Origin: a bacterium
Lineage (GTDB): Bacteria; Myxococcota_A; Bradymonadia; Bradymonadales; Bradymonadaceae
Length of the DNA stretch: 64,000 nt
NCBI GenBank assembly: GCA_030427705.1
Contig: JAUIBR010000002.1
Location: forward strand, 156,631 to 220,630
Direction: 5' to 3'
The notes under the pieces: generated by a model
Database searches by the model: none
What the model was told of the DNA's origin: nothing
The model's input: only the letters and a program-made list of their open reading frames with translations
Part shown: positions 9,833 through 19,066 of the stretch, piece after piece
Position numbering within the stretch: the stretch's first letter is position 1
How the letters are laid out: each line of letters begins with the position of its first letter
Position numbers and translations under genes: made by a program

Positions 9833-10276
9833 CTATTTGGTGTCTTCGCCGTAACGGTCCCGAATTGCGATGGCCAACTCGCGCTCGTCTTTGGTGGCCA
9901 GGTGCTTCGAGATCTCGTCATCGGCCAACATCCAGATGGGCTGCTGTCCGGTTCGGTCCAAACGTTGAATCTCAACCGTGACATTGACTGCGATGCCGTT
10001 CGGCGCAGGAATGATGCGGGAGATATAGCGACGTCGAACTTCTGTGTTGAGCGCGATGAACTCGGAAGCCACCACCAAACGGTCCTCATCCGCTAGCGCG
10101 ATGGGCAATCCGCGGTCCCGATATTCGTTTAATATCGAATTGTAGAGAATTTCTACTTCGTTCGGTGCGTCCTTCTGTCGTTGCTTAATCTCGGACGCCG
10201 ATGCTCCGCATCCAGAATTCAGGACAGCGGTTGTCAGAATTAGGCATGCCAGATAGTTTCGGATCATTAATTTCAT
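9833..10276 (-). CDS. Small lipoprotein, function unknown
   Basis: Internal ATG at 10276 gives MKLMIRNYLACLILTTAVLNSGC-GAS (lipobox). The longest-ORF start at 10351 would overlap the divergent gene. Confidence 0.5.
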   Translation of the reverse strand: MKLMIRNYLACLILTTAVLNSGCGASASEIKQRQKDAPNEVEILYNSILNEYRDRGLPIALADEDRLVVASEFIALNTEVRRRYISRIIPAPNGIAVNVTVEIQRLDRTGQQPIWMLADDEISKHLATKDERELAIAIRDRYGEDTK

Positions 10277-10290
10277 CAATACTTCTCGGG

Positions 10291-11133
10291 ATGTTTTCCA
10301 CCCGAACATTGAGGTGCACCGTGGTTCATCGAATCGTTTTACTTCTTTCAATTTGCCTCTTCCTCGGCGCCGTTGGGTGCTCGAGCGGTCCGGATGGAAA
10401 GTCTGACGAGAAACCCATTCGTACTAACGGCATGGTAGCCCAAGAACATTTCGTCAAAGGCAATGCCAAGCTCGAATCGGGAGACTACAAAGGCGCAGTG
10501 AAAGAGTACAGGCGTGCTCGGAAGTATCACGCGGAACGATGGGATATCGCGATGAACCTGGGAATCACATACTCGCGCGCTGGCAAGTTCACGAAAGCCA
10601 TCAACCAGATGGAAGAAGCGCTGCGATTGGGCGGCGACAAAGAGCTCATCTGCTATTTCAACCTTGGAAACGTCTACCAGGAACGCGGGATGTACCCTCA
10701 ATCGGTAGACGCGTATCGCGCGGCGCTGGCCCAAGAGCCCGACAAACCCCACGTCGATACGCTCATCAATTTGGCGTCAGCGTATATGTTTATGTATCAG
10801 TACGATAACGCGAAGCAGACCTACGAATACACGCGTTCGCTCGTCCCGGATGACCCTCGCCCCGTGCACGGTATCGCGTTGGTGCTACAAGCCCAGAATC
10901 TGTACCAGCAATCCTACGAAATGTACGAGAATGTACACCGGATCGATCCAAACTTCGCGATGAGCTACCTCAACAAATCGTGGGTATTAGCGGCTTTGGA
11001 CCGATACCCCGAAGCAATACGATCGTTAGAGACGTATTTACAAAAGGACCCGAAAGGGCCTTATGTGCGCCGAGCCAACACGATGCTTCGTGTGTTCAAA
11101 TCTAAGCTTGCGCAGAAAAACGGCGGAGCCTGA
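10291..11133 (+). CDS. TPR-repeat lipoprotein
   Basis: ATG at 10291 gives MFSTRTLRCTVVHRIVLLLSICLFLGAVGC-SSG. At least five TPR units follow (AVKEYRRARKYHAERWDIAMNLGITYSRAGKF..., ICYFNLGNVYQERGMYPQSVDAYRAAL...). Confidence 0.7.
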   Translation: MFSTRTLRCTVVHRIVLLLSICLFLGAVGCSSGPDGKSDEKPIRTNGMVAQEHFVKGNAKLESGDYKGAVKEYRRARKYHAERWDIAMNLGITYSRAGKFTKAINQMEEALRLGGDKELICYFNLGNVYQERGMYPQSVDAYRAALAQEPDKPHVDTLINLASAYMFMYQYDNAKQTYEYTRSLVPDDPRPVHGIALVLQAQNLYQQSYEMYENVHRIDPNFAMSYLNKSWVLAALDRYPEAIRSLETYLQKDPKGPYVRRANTMLRVFKSKLAQKNGGA

Positions 11134-11197
11134 TTCGCCCTAAGCGATTGTAGGAATACTGGAACTTTAACCCCAGAAAATAAAAGCAAGAAATCGC

Positions 11198-11226
11198 TTG
11201 ACCCTACACGCCTCGTTCACTTTATT
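11198..11226 (+). promoter_or_regulatory. Candidate sigma70-like promoter for csp (TTGACC-17-TTTATT), weak -10
   Basis: TTGACC at 11198-11203, 17-nt spacer, TTTATT at 11221-11226. It lies ~105 nt upstream of the csp ATG, consistent with the long csp leader. Confidence 0.25.
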
Positions 11227-11331
11227 TAAGTCATGCTAGTGGTCGTATTCCATACCACATCCTCAGGGGAGGTATGTGGAGGTAGGTGTACGTAACCAAC
11301 TGTCAAACCAGTGGTACTCGGGAGGAACAGT

Positions 11332-11553
11332 ATGGCTAGGGGAATGGTAAAGTGGTTCAATAATGCAAAAGGCTTCGGGTTCATCACCCAGGAAGGCGAC
11401 GTCGACGAAGATATCTTCGTACACTACAGCCAGATTGAAGGTGATGGATTCAAGACCCTCCGACAAGGAGAGGAAGTCGAGTTCACGTTATGCAACGGGG
11501 ACAAAGGCTACCACGCTGAGAACGTTCAGCGGCAAGACGAAGTCTTGAACTAA
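11332..11553 (+). CDS. cspA: Cold-shock protein, CspA family
   Basis: MARGMVKWFNNAKGFGFITQEGDVDEDIFVHYSQI... carries RNP1/RNP2-like motifs. GGGAGG lies 7 nt upstream of the ATG. Confidence 0.9.
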   Translation: MARGMVKWFNNAKGFGFITQEGDVDEDIFVHYSQIEGDGFKTLRQGEEVEFTLCNGDKGYHAENVQRQDEVLN

Positions 11554-11577
11554 CCACCCAAAACACACTTCGAAAAA

Positions 11578-11603
11578 AGGTAGGCAGGGGCCTGCCTTTT
11601 TTC
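11578..11603 (+). terminator. Rho-independent terminator after csp
   Basis: AGGCAGGGGCCTGCCT hairpin (7-bp GC-rich stem) followed by TTTTTT at 11597-11602. Confidence 0.75.
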
Positions 11604-11672
11604 GTTGTGCGCTACCTTGATCACCTGTCGGATCAGACGTATCTTCGCAGACATCTTCGGTTGGAGTGATCA

Positions 11673-12455
11673 ATGTCAAACGCTCAGATTTGTGGCAATT
11701 GCAGCGCTATCGTACCCGATGGCCATCATTACTGTGGACGCTGCGGCGCACAGTACGTTGGTGACGGGACCGTCTCGCCAAACGAGACGATGTTCTTCGG
11801 CGCGATGCAGGCGCCTGGACGAGCCAAACTTATCTTGATTAAGGGCGAGGGCCTCGAGGGGTTGAGCTACCACCTCAATGCGACTGAGCACGTTGCCGGA
11901 CGCAAACAAGGGGCAATCCTCTTCCCTGAGGACAACTACCTCAGCCCGAAGCACGCGACATTCCTGTATCGCGACAACGTCCTGTACCTGCGTGACGAAG
12001 GCAGCCACAACGGCACATTCGTCCGCATTAAAGAGCCAACGCTGCTCGAACATGGCGACGAGATTTGCGTCGGTGAGCAAATCCTTCGAATCGAGCACCT
12101 CAACCTGCGACGCGAATACCCGATGCGCGAAGAGACGCTGATGTACATCAGCCCTCCAAAAGACTACGAGTTCCGCGTCGTTCAAGTCATCCGCGGAGGG
12201 CGCCCAGGCGCGTCATTCTGCTCGGTGAACAACGATGTGCTTATCGGCCGCGAAGGCTGCGATATGAACTTCCCGGACGACCGTCACGTCTCGCGAAAGC
12301 ACTGCCGTCTCACATGGCAGAACGGCAAAGTCCTCGTCACCGACGACGACTCGCGCAACGGCACGTTCGTGCGAATCAAAGACGAAGTTCGTCTTAACCA
12401 CTCCGATTATGTCGTGTTTGGTTCTGAGCTGATGCGGGTCGAAATCAACTCTTAG
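11673..12455 (+). CDS. Zinc-ribbon + dual FHA-domain protein
   Basis: N-terminal CGNC...CGRC ribbon. Two FHA cores: GRKQGAILFPEDNYLSPKHATFLYRDNVLYLRDEGSHNGTFV and GREGCDMNFPDDRHVSRKHCRLTWQNGKVLVTDDDSRNGTFV. GGAGTG is a possible SD. Confidence 0.8.
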   Translation: MSNAQICGNCSAIVPDGHHYCGRCGAQYVGDGTVSPNETMFFGAMQAPGRAKLILIKGEGLEGLSYHLNATEHVAGRKQGAILFPEDNYLSPKHATFLYRDNVLYLRDEGSHNGTFVRIKEPTLLEHGDEICVGEQILRIEHLNLRREYPMREETLMYISPPKDYEFRVVQVIRGGRPGASFCSVNNDVLIGREGCDMNFPDDRHVSRKHCRLTWQNGKVLVTDDDSRNGTFVRIKDEVRLNHSDYVVFGSELMRVEINS

Positions 12456-15400
12456 GTTGACTCGCCACCGCGCGCCGGACTCTCGGGTCTGGGTGCTTCG
12501 AGTATTTCTTCAACACCTTTTGGGCCTCATCTCCGCCGATGCGCCCAAGTGCGTCGATCGCGGCCACTTTCACCGGGATTGGGGAACTAATCAGCAAGTC
12601 TGAAAGTGGCTTCACGCCAGATTGAGACTCCACCATGCCCAACGTACGGCACGACGCAATCTGCACGGACCGATAGTCATCTTTCAGCAACGCAGACGCC
12701 CGCGACGATACTCGGTCGCTCTTCGAGCCGGCATGCATCCGCCCGTAAGCTGTCACCGCGGCTAGCCGTACTTCAAAGTTTGAATCCTTCAGGCCGGCTT
12801 CTGCTGCATCGGCAGCTTGCGAGTTCCCGTCGAACCCGCCCAGCGCCAGCATTGCTGCGGCCTTAACATCAGGGTCTTTGGACGACACGTGCTTCAATAC
12901 AATCGGTACCGAACCTGCGTCACCGATAGCCGAGAGCACCGCCAGCGCGAGCGCGTCAGATGGTCTGGCGAGCTCGGTTGCAACCGTGGCGAATTCGCTC
13001 TGAATCGGAGTGACCAGTTTGCGTGTGATTTCATGAGCCTTGTCGGGGTCGGTCGATAAGGTCAGCACACCCAATCGCAGGTAGCCGCTTGGATCGACGA
13101 GGTCGCGCAGCATCGTGGAGCGTTTGTCCGACTTCAGGGTCTTCGAGATGATACCTGCGATGACGCCGGCGTTCTCCTCAACAAATGGAGACGTGTCGAC
13201 CACATCAACGTGGTTCGCCTGATTCTCAAGGTTATCAAGCATCTGCTCGACATCCATGTTTCGCTCACGGTCGTTGATCAGACGTGCCTCCAATCGGATT
13301 TCCTCCAACCGACGTCGTTCTTTGGAGACGGCATCGGTCTGAGACAGGGTTGCGAGCAGCGAGATTCCTCGCCCTGCCCGGTCACGAAGCTGGTAGTTGG
13401 GTCCCCAATAGGTTTCGAATAACGCGTCGAGTGCTTGCGGCCCACCAATCTGCGCCAGACTCCAAGCCGCCACGGCGGCCACGCGGTCCGTGCCGGTTGC
13501 CAGAATCGTACGAAGCGTCGGAATCGCCTGTTTTTCTCCTGTCCGCCCCATAGCCCAAACCACCGAGATTGCGATGTAGTCCGCGTAGCGGCTTGACCCC
13601 AGGCTCTCGTAAAACTCGGTGATAGCTTTGCTTGCCTTTGGTCCACCAATGCGACCAAGGCTCAAGGCAGCCAGCGCTTGCTCCCGCCAACTTTGTCCCT
13701 TCGCGAGAATCTCGATCAGCTTCTTGATCGCGACATCGCCACCGACACCACCCAGTGCCCACACAGCGATTTCACGTATCGTCGGGTCGGAGTCCTCGGT
13801 CACTCGAGCGAGCGGACCAGCCGCGCGTTCGTCGCCGATCTGAGCCACGGCCACAGCCGCCAAGATGCGCAGCTGTTCTTTCGAATCATCGACCATTCGC
13901 GACAGCGGCAGTGCGCCATTGCCCTGACGAAAGTCTCCCAACAACCGCACAGCGGTGGCACGCTGACTGAGGTCATCGCTTTGCAGCGCGTCCACCAAAA
14001 CCGGCAACGCCCGCTGACCAATCTCGTCCAATTCGCGTTCTGCAGCCGCACGTTCCGTCGCAACCCCGTAACGGTCACGCGAAACCAGCGGTTGGGTCAT
14101 GCGGTCATACATCTCGAGCATGATTTTGCGGTACACCGGTTTGGGTGGCGTCCGGTAAACGAGCGGGAAGAAGTCGCCTTCGACCTCCTGCATGCGCCCA
14201 TCGATTTCAGCCAGTGAAATCGCGCGACGTGCCGCGCGCAAAATCAGTCCCTCGTCGTTGGCCTTCTTCGTGACCAACCTGTAAATCCGCTCCGCTTCTA
14301 AGAAGTGGCCAAGCTCAACGAGCGTCTCTGCCAGCTTCATTTGAATGTCGAATGCGCGCGGGTCGAGGTCGATGGCAGCCCGGTATTGCTCAACTGCCGA
14401 CTCCAACCGGCCCATCTCGTGGTAGATATGGCCCAGACGCGCTTGTGCCCGCGCATCATCTGGGTTCTTCTCGACCGCCATCGTCGCGTATTGCACGGCC
14501 TGATCGGACTCGTACAGTTTCAGCGAAAGCTCGGCGATGCGGTGAAAGTAGTCCTTTGCATTGATGGGTCGCAATTCCGCAAGACGCTGCAGAGTCGCGA
14601 TTGCCTTCTTGTACTTGTTCATCTGGCCGTAGAGCTTTTCCAGCGACACGAGTGCTTGTTCTTCGACCTTCTTGCCCTGGTCGTCACCCATCTTTCGGCC
14701 CTGTTCCGAGAGCTTCACATAGACTTTCTCGGCATCATCGAACTCACCAAGCTTCACGTAGGCCTCCGCCAGGAAGAAGCCTGAGTTTGTGTCGTTCTTG
14801 GACGCAAACTCTTGCTGGAACTCACGCATCTTGGCACGAAGTCGATTCTGGCGACGGTAGATGTTGATGATGCGACCACGGGCCTCGTTGGCCGTCAGCG
14901 ATTGGTCGGTCGTATCCAAAATGTGCTGCCACGTCTTGACCGCGTTGGCCCATCGCCGAGCACGTTCGTACGCGAGCGCAAGTCCCCGTTGAATGCTGGG
15001 GTCGTCGGGTGAGATTTCGACAGCTTTCTCGTAGTAGCGAAGGCCTTTCTCAACCATCCCGTGTTCGGCCAAGACCTGACCGAGTTTTGCGTTGCTCTCC
15101 GCCTTTCCGAGGTTGGAGTTCAGCAGTTTTTCCCAAGTTTTGACGGCGAGGTCGACGTCGCTGTTCTGGTAATAGAACTCGCCGAGACCCAGAATATATG
15201 CGTCGTTTCGAGGGTCCATACGCAGAAGCCGTTTGTAGACCCGCAGGGCATCTTCACGCATTTGATAGCGCATGAACGTGTCGGCGAGCGTCACCCGGAC
15301 GTCGGGGTCGCGCTTGAACCGACTTTCGATGCGCTTGAGCATCTTCTCGGCAGCTTTCCGATTTCCCAGCCGGAAATGATGACGAACCAACTCGAATTGG

Positions 15401-16506
15401 AAGCGATGCTGGCTAGGCGCGACGCGAATCAGGCCCTCGTAGGCCTTGATGACCTCTTTGTCTTTTCCGCGGCGCTCCAAGATGCGAATAACCTTGATGC
15501 GAGGGTCGACGCTTCGACTGTTCTTGCTCGACGCACGCTTGTAGTATTTGAGCGCGTTCTCTTCGTCGCCGACTTCGTCGTAAAGCGACGCGAGCTCCAT
15601 CGATTGGTCATAGTTCGGATTACGCCAACGACCTTTGTACTCCTCGACAAGTTCGTTCAAACGGTCCATGCGACGGTACACCCCGACGATCCGTTGACGA
15701 AGTTCGCGATGCAACCAGTTGCCTGATCGGACCAGCTTCATCGCGTCACGATAGGTCTCGATGGCCTTGTCTTCCTTGCCCATCTTCTCGTACAGGTCGC
15801 CAAGGTCACGCATCGTGGTGGCTTTGGCCTTGGTGTCTCGGCCAGCCAGCTTGATCAGCGCCTTGTACTGCTCTTCCGCCTTTTCGTAGCGCTTATACTT
15901 GATGAGCACCTGCGCGTACTCCAGGCGCAAGTACTGATTTCGCGGGTCGAGCTGGACGAGTTGGTCGTAGTAGTTCTGTGCCGCCTCCCAATCTCGTTGG
16001 TTGAACGCCAGGTCTGCGAGCTTGCGTAGGATGTCCTGCTTTTTGCTTTTGTCCTTCTCGAGGCTAAGGGCCTTCTCGAAATCTGAGGTCGCCTCTGGGC
16101 CATGTTGCAGCAATAGGTGCACCGATCCGCGGCTGAGCCATGTGACCGGGTCTTTTGGGTCGAGCCGAACTGCCTCGTTGTATTGCTCGAGCGCCGGATC
16201 GTATTCGTTTTTTGCCTTCAGAAGGTGCCCAAGAATCAACCGGTAGCTGACGCGGTCGGGCTTTTTCTCGACCTTGCCCTGGTACTCCTTGATGAGACTA
16301 TCGAGGCCTTTGCCTTTGCCGACATAGTCGAGCAGCTTCTTAAACGCTAACCCCTCGGTGGGGGTGCGCTCCAAGAGCGTCTTGTATCGCTTGATGATCT
16401 CGGCTTTGCGTGAGTCGCTGACGGACCATTTGTCCTGCGCAAAAGACTGCGCGGGGATCGCGATTCCAAAGGAGATGAACAGGATGAGAAGAGTAATTTT
16501 CTTCAA
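12445..16506 (-). CDS. Giant secreted TPR + HEAT (PBS-lyase-like) repeat protein
   Basis: 1353 aa. Signal peptide is MKKITLLILFISFGIAIPAQSFAQ. About 20 TPR units make up the N-terminal 750 aa. The C-terminal part has HEAT/PBS-type repeats (LRILAAVAVAQIGDERAAGPL, VKAAAMLALGGFDG, VRLAAVTAYGRMHA, VKVAAIDALGRIGGDEA). Confidence 0.75.
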   Translation of the reverse strand: MKKITLLILFISFGIAIPAQSFAQDKWSVSDSRKAEIIKRYKTLLERTPTEGLAFKKLLDYVGKGKGLDSLIKEYQGKVEKKPDRVSYRLILGHLLKAKNEYDPALEQYNEAVRLDPKDPVTWLSRGSVHLLLQHGPEATSDFEKALSLEKDKSKKQDILRKLADLAFNQRDWEAAQNYYDQLVQLDPRNQYLRLEYAQVLIKYKRYEKAEEQYKALIKLAGRDTKAKATTMRDLGDLYEKMGKEDKAIETYRDAMKLVRSGNWLHRELRQRIVGVYRRMDRLNELVEEYKGRWRNPNYDQSMELASLYDEVGDEENALKYYKRASSKNSRSVDPRIKVIRILERRGKDKEVIKAYEGLIRVAPSQHRFQFELVRHHFRLGNRKAAEKMLKRIESRFKRDPDVRVTLADTFMRYQMREDALRVYKRLLRMDPRNDAYILGLGEFYYQNSDVDLAVKTWEKLLNSNLGKAESNAKLGQVLAEHGMVEKGLRYYEKAVEISPDDPSIQRGLALAYERARRWANAVKTWQHILDTTDQSLTANEARGRIINIYRRQNRLRAKMREFQQEFASKNDTNSGFFLAEAYVKLGEFDDAEKVYVKLSEQGRKMGDDQGKKVEEQALVSLEKLYGQMNKYKKAIATLQRLAELRPINAKDYFHRIAELSLKLYESDQAVQYATMAVEKNPDDARAQARLGHIYHEMGRLESAVEQYRAAIDLDPRAFDIQMKLAETLVELGHFLEAERIYRLVTKKANDEGLILRAARRAISLAEIDGRMQEVEGDFFPLVYRTPPKPVYRKIMLEMYDRMTQPLVSRDRYGVATERAAAERELDEIGQRALPVLVDALQSDDLSQRATAVRLLGDFRQGNGALPLSRMVDDSKEQLRILAAVAVAQIGDERAAGPLARVTEDSDPTIREIAVWALGGVGGDVAIKKLIEILAKGQSWREQALAALSLGRIGGPKASKAITEFYESLGSSRYADYIAISVVWAMGRTGEKQAIPTLRTILATGTDRVAAVAAWSLAQIGGPQALDALFETYWGPNYQLRDRAGRGISLLATLSQTDAVSKERRRLEEIRLEARLINDRERNMDVEQMLDNLENQANHVDVVDTSPFVEENAGVIAGIISKTLKSDKRSTMLRDLVDPSGYLRLGVLTLSTDPDKAHEITRKLVTPIQSEFATVATELARPSDALALAVLSAIGDAGSVPIVLKHVSSKDPDVKAAAMLALGGFDGNSQAADAAEAGLKDSNFEVRLAAVTAYGRMHAGSKSDRVSSRASALLKDDYRSVQIASCRTLGMVESQSGVKPLSDLLISSPIPVKVAAIDALGRIGGDEAQKVLKKYSKHPDPRVRRAVASQPKS

Positions 16507-16573
16507 GGTTCAAGCCGTGAAAGTAGACATCACCATCAAGAACCGATGTTAGATGGCGAACAATTCCAGAAGC

Positions 16574-17074
16574 CTATGTTTCGAGGAATTCGACCTTATT
16601 TTGGTCGAAAAGTTCCTTTATCGCGAGGGCGAACTCAATTGTTCCGTTTCGAGCGACTACTTCTTCAACGCCCTGCACCACGAGGATGGTCGCCCCGGAA
16701 TCGGCGTCGTATCGAATCTTCTCGACATCTTCAAAGCCCACGGAGTGCGAGATTACGCCGCCCCAGGGCAGACTAGTCTCGAACGCAACGACCTCTTCAT
16801 TTGGGTCAAACGCCCACAACTCCGTGCGCAACGCCTTACCGATCGACGAAGCCAAGGCGATTAACGCCGCGACACCAACCACGACACCTGCATAGATTTC
16901 CAGGCCAATTTCGTGACGCCGCCCAATCCAGTCGATCCCAAAGAGCACGCCCAAGCCAACGCAAACTATCGGAAAAACCTGAAGAAAGCGCTTCACTCCG
17001 CGCATTCGCCGGCCGGCTTTGCTGACCTCGATGAGCACCACGGGGCCATCTTTTCGAAGTTGATACTCTGACAT
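16574..17074 (-). CDS. Small membrane protein, function unknown
   Basis: 166 aa with two predicted TM helices (VFPIVCVGLGVLFGIDWI, IYAGVVVGVAALIALASSI). Confidence 0.4.
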   Translation of the reverse strand: MSEYQLRKDGPVVLIEVSKAGRRMRGVKRFLQVFPIVCVGLGVLFGIDWIGRRHEIGLEIYAGVVVGVAALIALASSIGKALRTELWAFDPNEEVVAFETSLPWGGVISHSVGFEDVEKIRYDADSGATILVVQGVEEVVARNGTIEFALAIKELFDQNKVEFLET

Positions 17075-17119
17075 TTCGCCTCGCTCGTGGCTTTACGCTG
17101 GGCGGGAGGTTAGTTACTG

Positions 17120-19066
17120 ATGACCAGACTTGAAAGGCGAAGTTCGACCATGGAGTCCAGACGCAAAAGCCGGGGCTTTCTTCCACACCGTATCACACTG
17201 TGGGTTGGGGTTTGCTGTATCATCGCGATCGGCTTGTTGGATAACCGGCCAGTCGACGTCGATGTCGACATTCCATCGGCCGATCCGGTCGAGCTGACGC
17301 GCGACTCGGAGTCCGATGTCGTCATCGTTTTGGACTACCAAGCTATCAAGTCTTCTCCAGACAAGTTCTCAAAAAAGGACTTCAGCGCGGCATGGATCAA
17401 CCTTTTTGAGCAAGAAATTGGTCCTGTGACGATCGCGACACCGGGTTCGCTTTCGCAGAAGATGTTGGACAAGGCGCAGGTGCTGGTCCTGACCTCGAGT
17501 GCGTCCGACGTGCCGGAATCTCTTGTAAAACGGCTGCGCGAGCGCGTGCTAGACAACCGGATGTTGTTGGTTCAAGAGCGCCCCAAGGGTGAGCTCCGCG
17601 ACCGATTTGGAGCAAATGCCAAGGTCGGCTCGCAGGGTGCTGATGGTTTCACGTTCGCGCGAGATTTGCCCGAACCGTTCAATCGACAATTACTCGCCAC
17701 GCCTTTGTCGACCGAGTACCTCGGGTCTACGACCGCGCGCGAGCGTTCAGAAACCCTACTTTCAATCGACGGCGCACCCGTCATCTATGCCGAGAAGATC
17801 GGCAAGGGCACGATCATCACAATTGATTTTGACCTTGGTGAAGCGCTTGTTTCGCTGCAGCAAGGCAAGCCCAGCGATGACTTTTCGGTGCACCCGAAAG
17901 GCGAATGGCCGAAGACGTCGGACCTCGTGCTGAACGAGACGCTCAATGGCAGCGATGTCCCATTTGCGGACCTGCTTGAGCGGTTCATCGTGCATGGCGT
18001 CGTCGGTCGCTACCGCCCTCTGCCCGCATTTTGGCTCTTTCCCAATGGCGCCGATGGTGCGGTCATCCCGATCCACCCTGACGATGCGCTGGGTGACAAA
18101 GCGACGTGGATGCTCCGACACGAAGTCACCCACAAAGCAACCTCAACCTTGTTGACGACCTTCGACGCCGGAATGACAGCGTCCGAGGCAGCCGTCGCCA
18201 ACCGACTTGGCGGTGAGCTCGGTTTGATATGGAGAGTCGAAAACTCACCTTCCGCCAGACTTGAGTCGTTTGGTGTCGGCGCATTGCAACCGTTTGCGCG
18301 CGCAGCATCCCTTGAGAACCAATTCCAAGCGGTCGTGGAAACGAGCCCATCCGAAGCGTTGTTCACCGGGATGACGCACGAGCGCTGGTGGTCGGATGAC
18401 TGGAGCGCACCATTTCGTGCGTTGGTGACCAAGAGGGTTCGAACCGATGTCTCGTACGCCAGTGAGTCGCGTGGCTATAGTTTTGGGACTGGATTGCCCT
18501 ACCTGGCTTTGGACAACAGCGGCCTTCCACTGTCGATCCGCGAACAACCCGTGATCCTTCCAGAGCGAGCGACGACCGGGCCTGAGCTCGAGGAATTACT
18601 TGAGAAAAGTCGGGGCGGACACCATCAAGCGATTGGCTGGAGCTTGAGTCCTTCGTCGTTCTCGTCGCTACCAGAAATGCAACGGTTCGACGCCTGGGTT
18701 GATAGTTTTGAGGCCGCCAAGCGCCACAATCACTCGATCATGAGCGTTCGACGCCTGGACGTCTTCCTGCGCTCCCGTCGTGCTGGTGTCATCACCAGTC
18801 AGATTGTCATTGAAAACCAACCCGACCAGCCTGAATCCCGCATTCTGCGTATCACAGCGGAAGCCAAGCGTCGGGGCATGCATTTGATGGTGCCGAAGAA
18901 CATCTTCAACAAGCCACTCTACAAAGTTCGTCGAGCCGCGAATCGTGTAGGTGATGAGCTGGTCAGCGGTGAGATTGAAGTGCGCGATGTCAGCTATGTT
19001 GGGTATCCAATGGCGCTGATCCCATTGGACTCTGGCTTTAACTCGATAGACGTGGTGTATCGCTGA
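17120..19066 (+). CDS. Membrane-anchored 648-aa protein, paralogue A; function unknown (possibly carbohydrate-active)
   Basis: N-terminal TM (ITLWVGVCCIIAIGLL). Blocks shared with the downstream paralogue: FGTGLPYLALDNSGLPL..., RSRRAGVITSQ, PLPAFWLFPNGADGAVIPIHPDD. Confidence 0.6.
   Translation: MTRLERRSSTMESRRKSRGFLPHRITLWVGVCCIIAIGLLDNRPVDVDVDIPSADPVELTRDSESDVVIVLDYQAIKSSPDKFSKKDFSAAWINLFEQEIGPVTIATPGSLSQKMLDKAQVLVLTSSASDVPESLVKRLRERVLDNRMLLVQERPKGELRDRFGANAKVGSQGADGFTFARDLPEPFNRQLLATPLSTEYLGSTTARERSETLLSIDGAPVIYAEKIGKGTIITIDFDLGEALVSLQQGKPSDDFSVHPKGEWPKTSDLVLNETLNGSDVPFADLLERFIVHGVVGRYRPLPAFWLFPNGADGAVIPIHPDDALGDKATWMLRHEVTHKATSTLLTTFDAGMTASEAAVANRLGGELGLIWRVENSPSARLESFGVGALQPFARAASLENQFQAVVETSPSEALFTGMTHERWWSDDWSAPFRALVTKRVRTDVSYASESRGYSFGTGLPYLALDNSGLPLSIREQPVILPERATTGPELEELLEKSRGGHHQAIGWSLSPSSFSSLPEMQRFDAWVDSFEAAKRHNHSIMSVRRLDVFLRSRRAGVITSQIVIENQPDQPESRILRITAEAKRRGMHLMVPKNIFNKPLYKVRRAANRVGDELVSGEIEVRDVSYVGYPMALIPLDSGFNSIDVVYR

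Noticed and set aside
18428-18444. GGGTTCGAACC (tRNA T-arm-like) motif
   Set aside because: It lies inside the 17120..19066 CDS, and no acceptor or anticodon stem complementarity surrounds it. A chance match.
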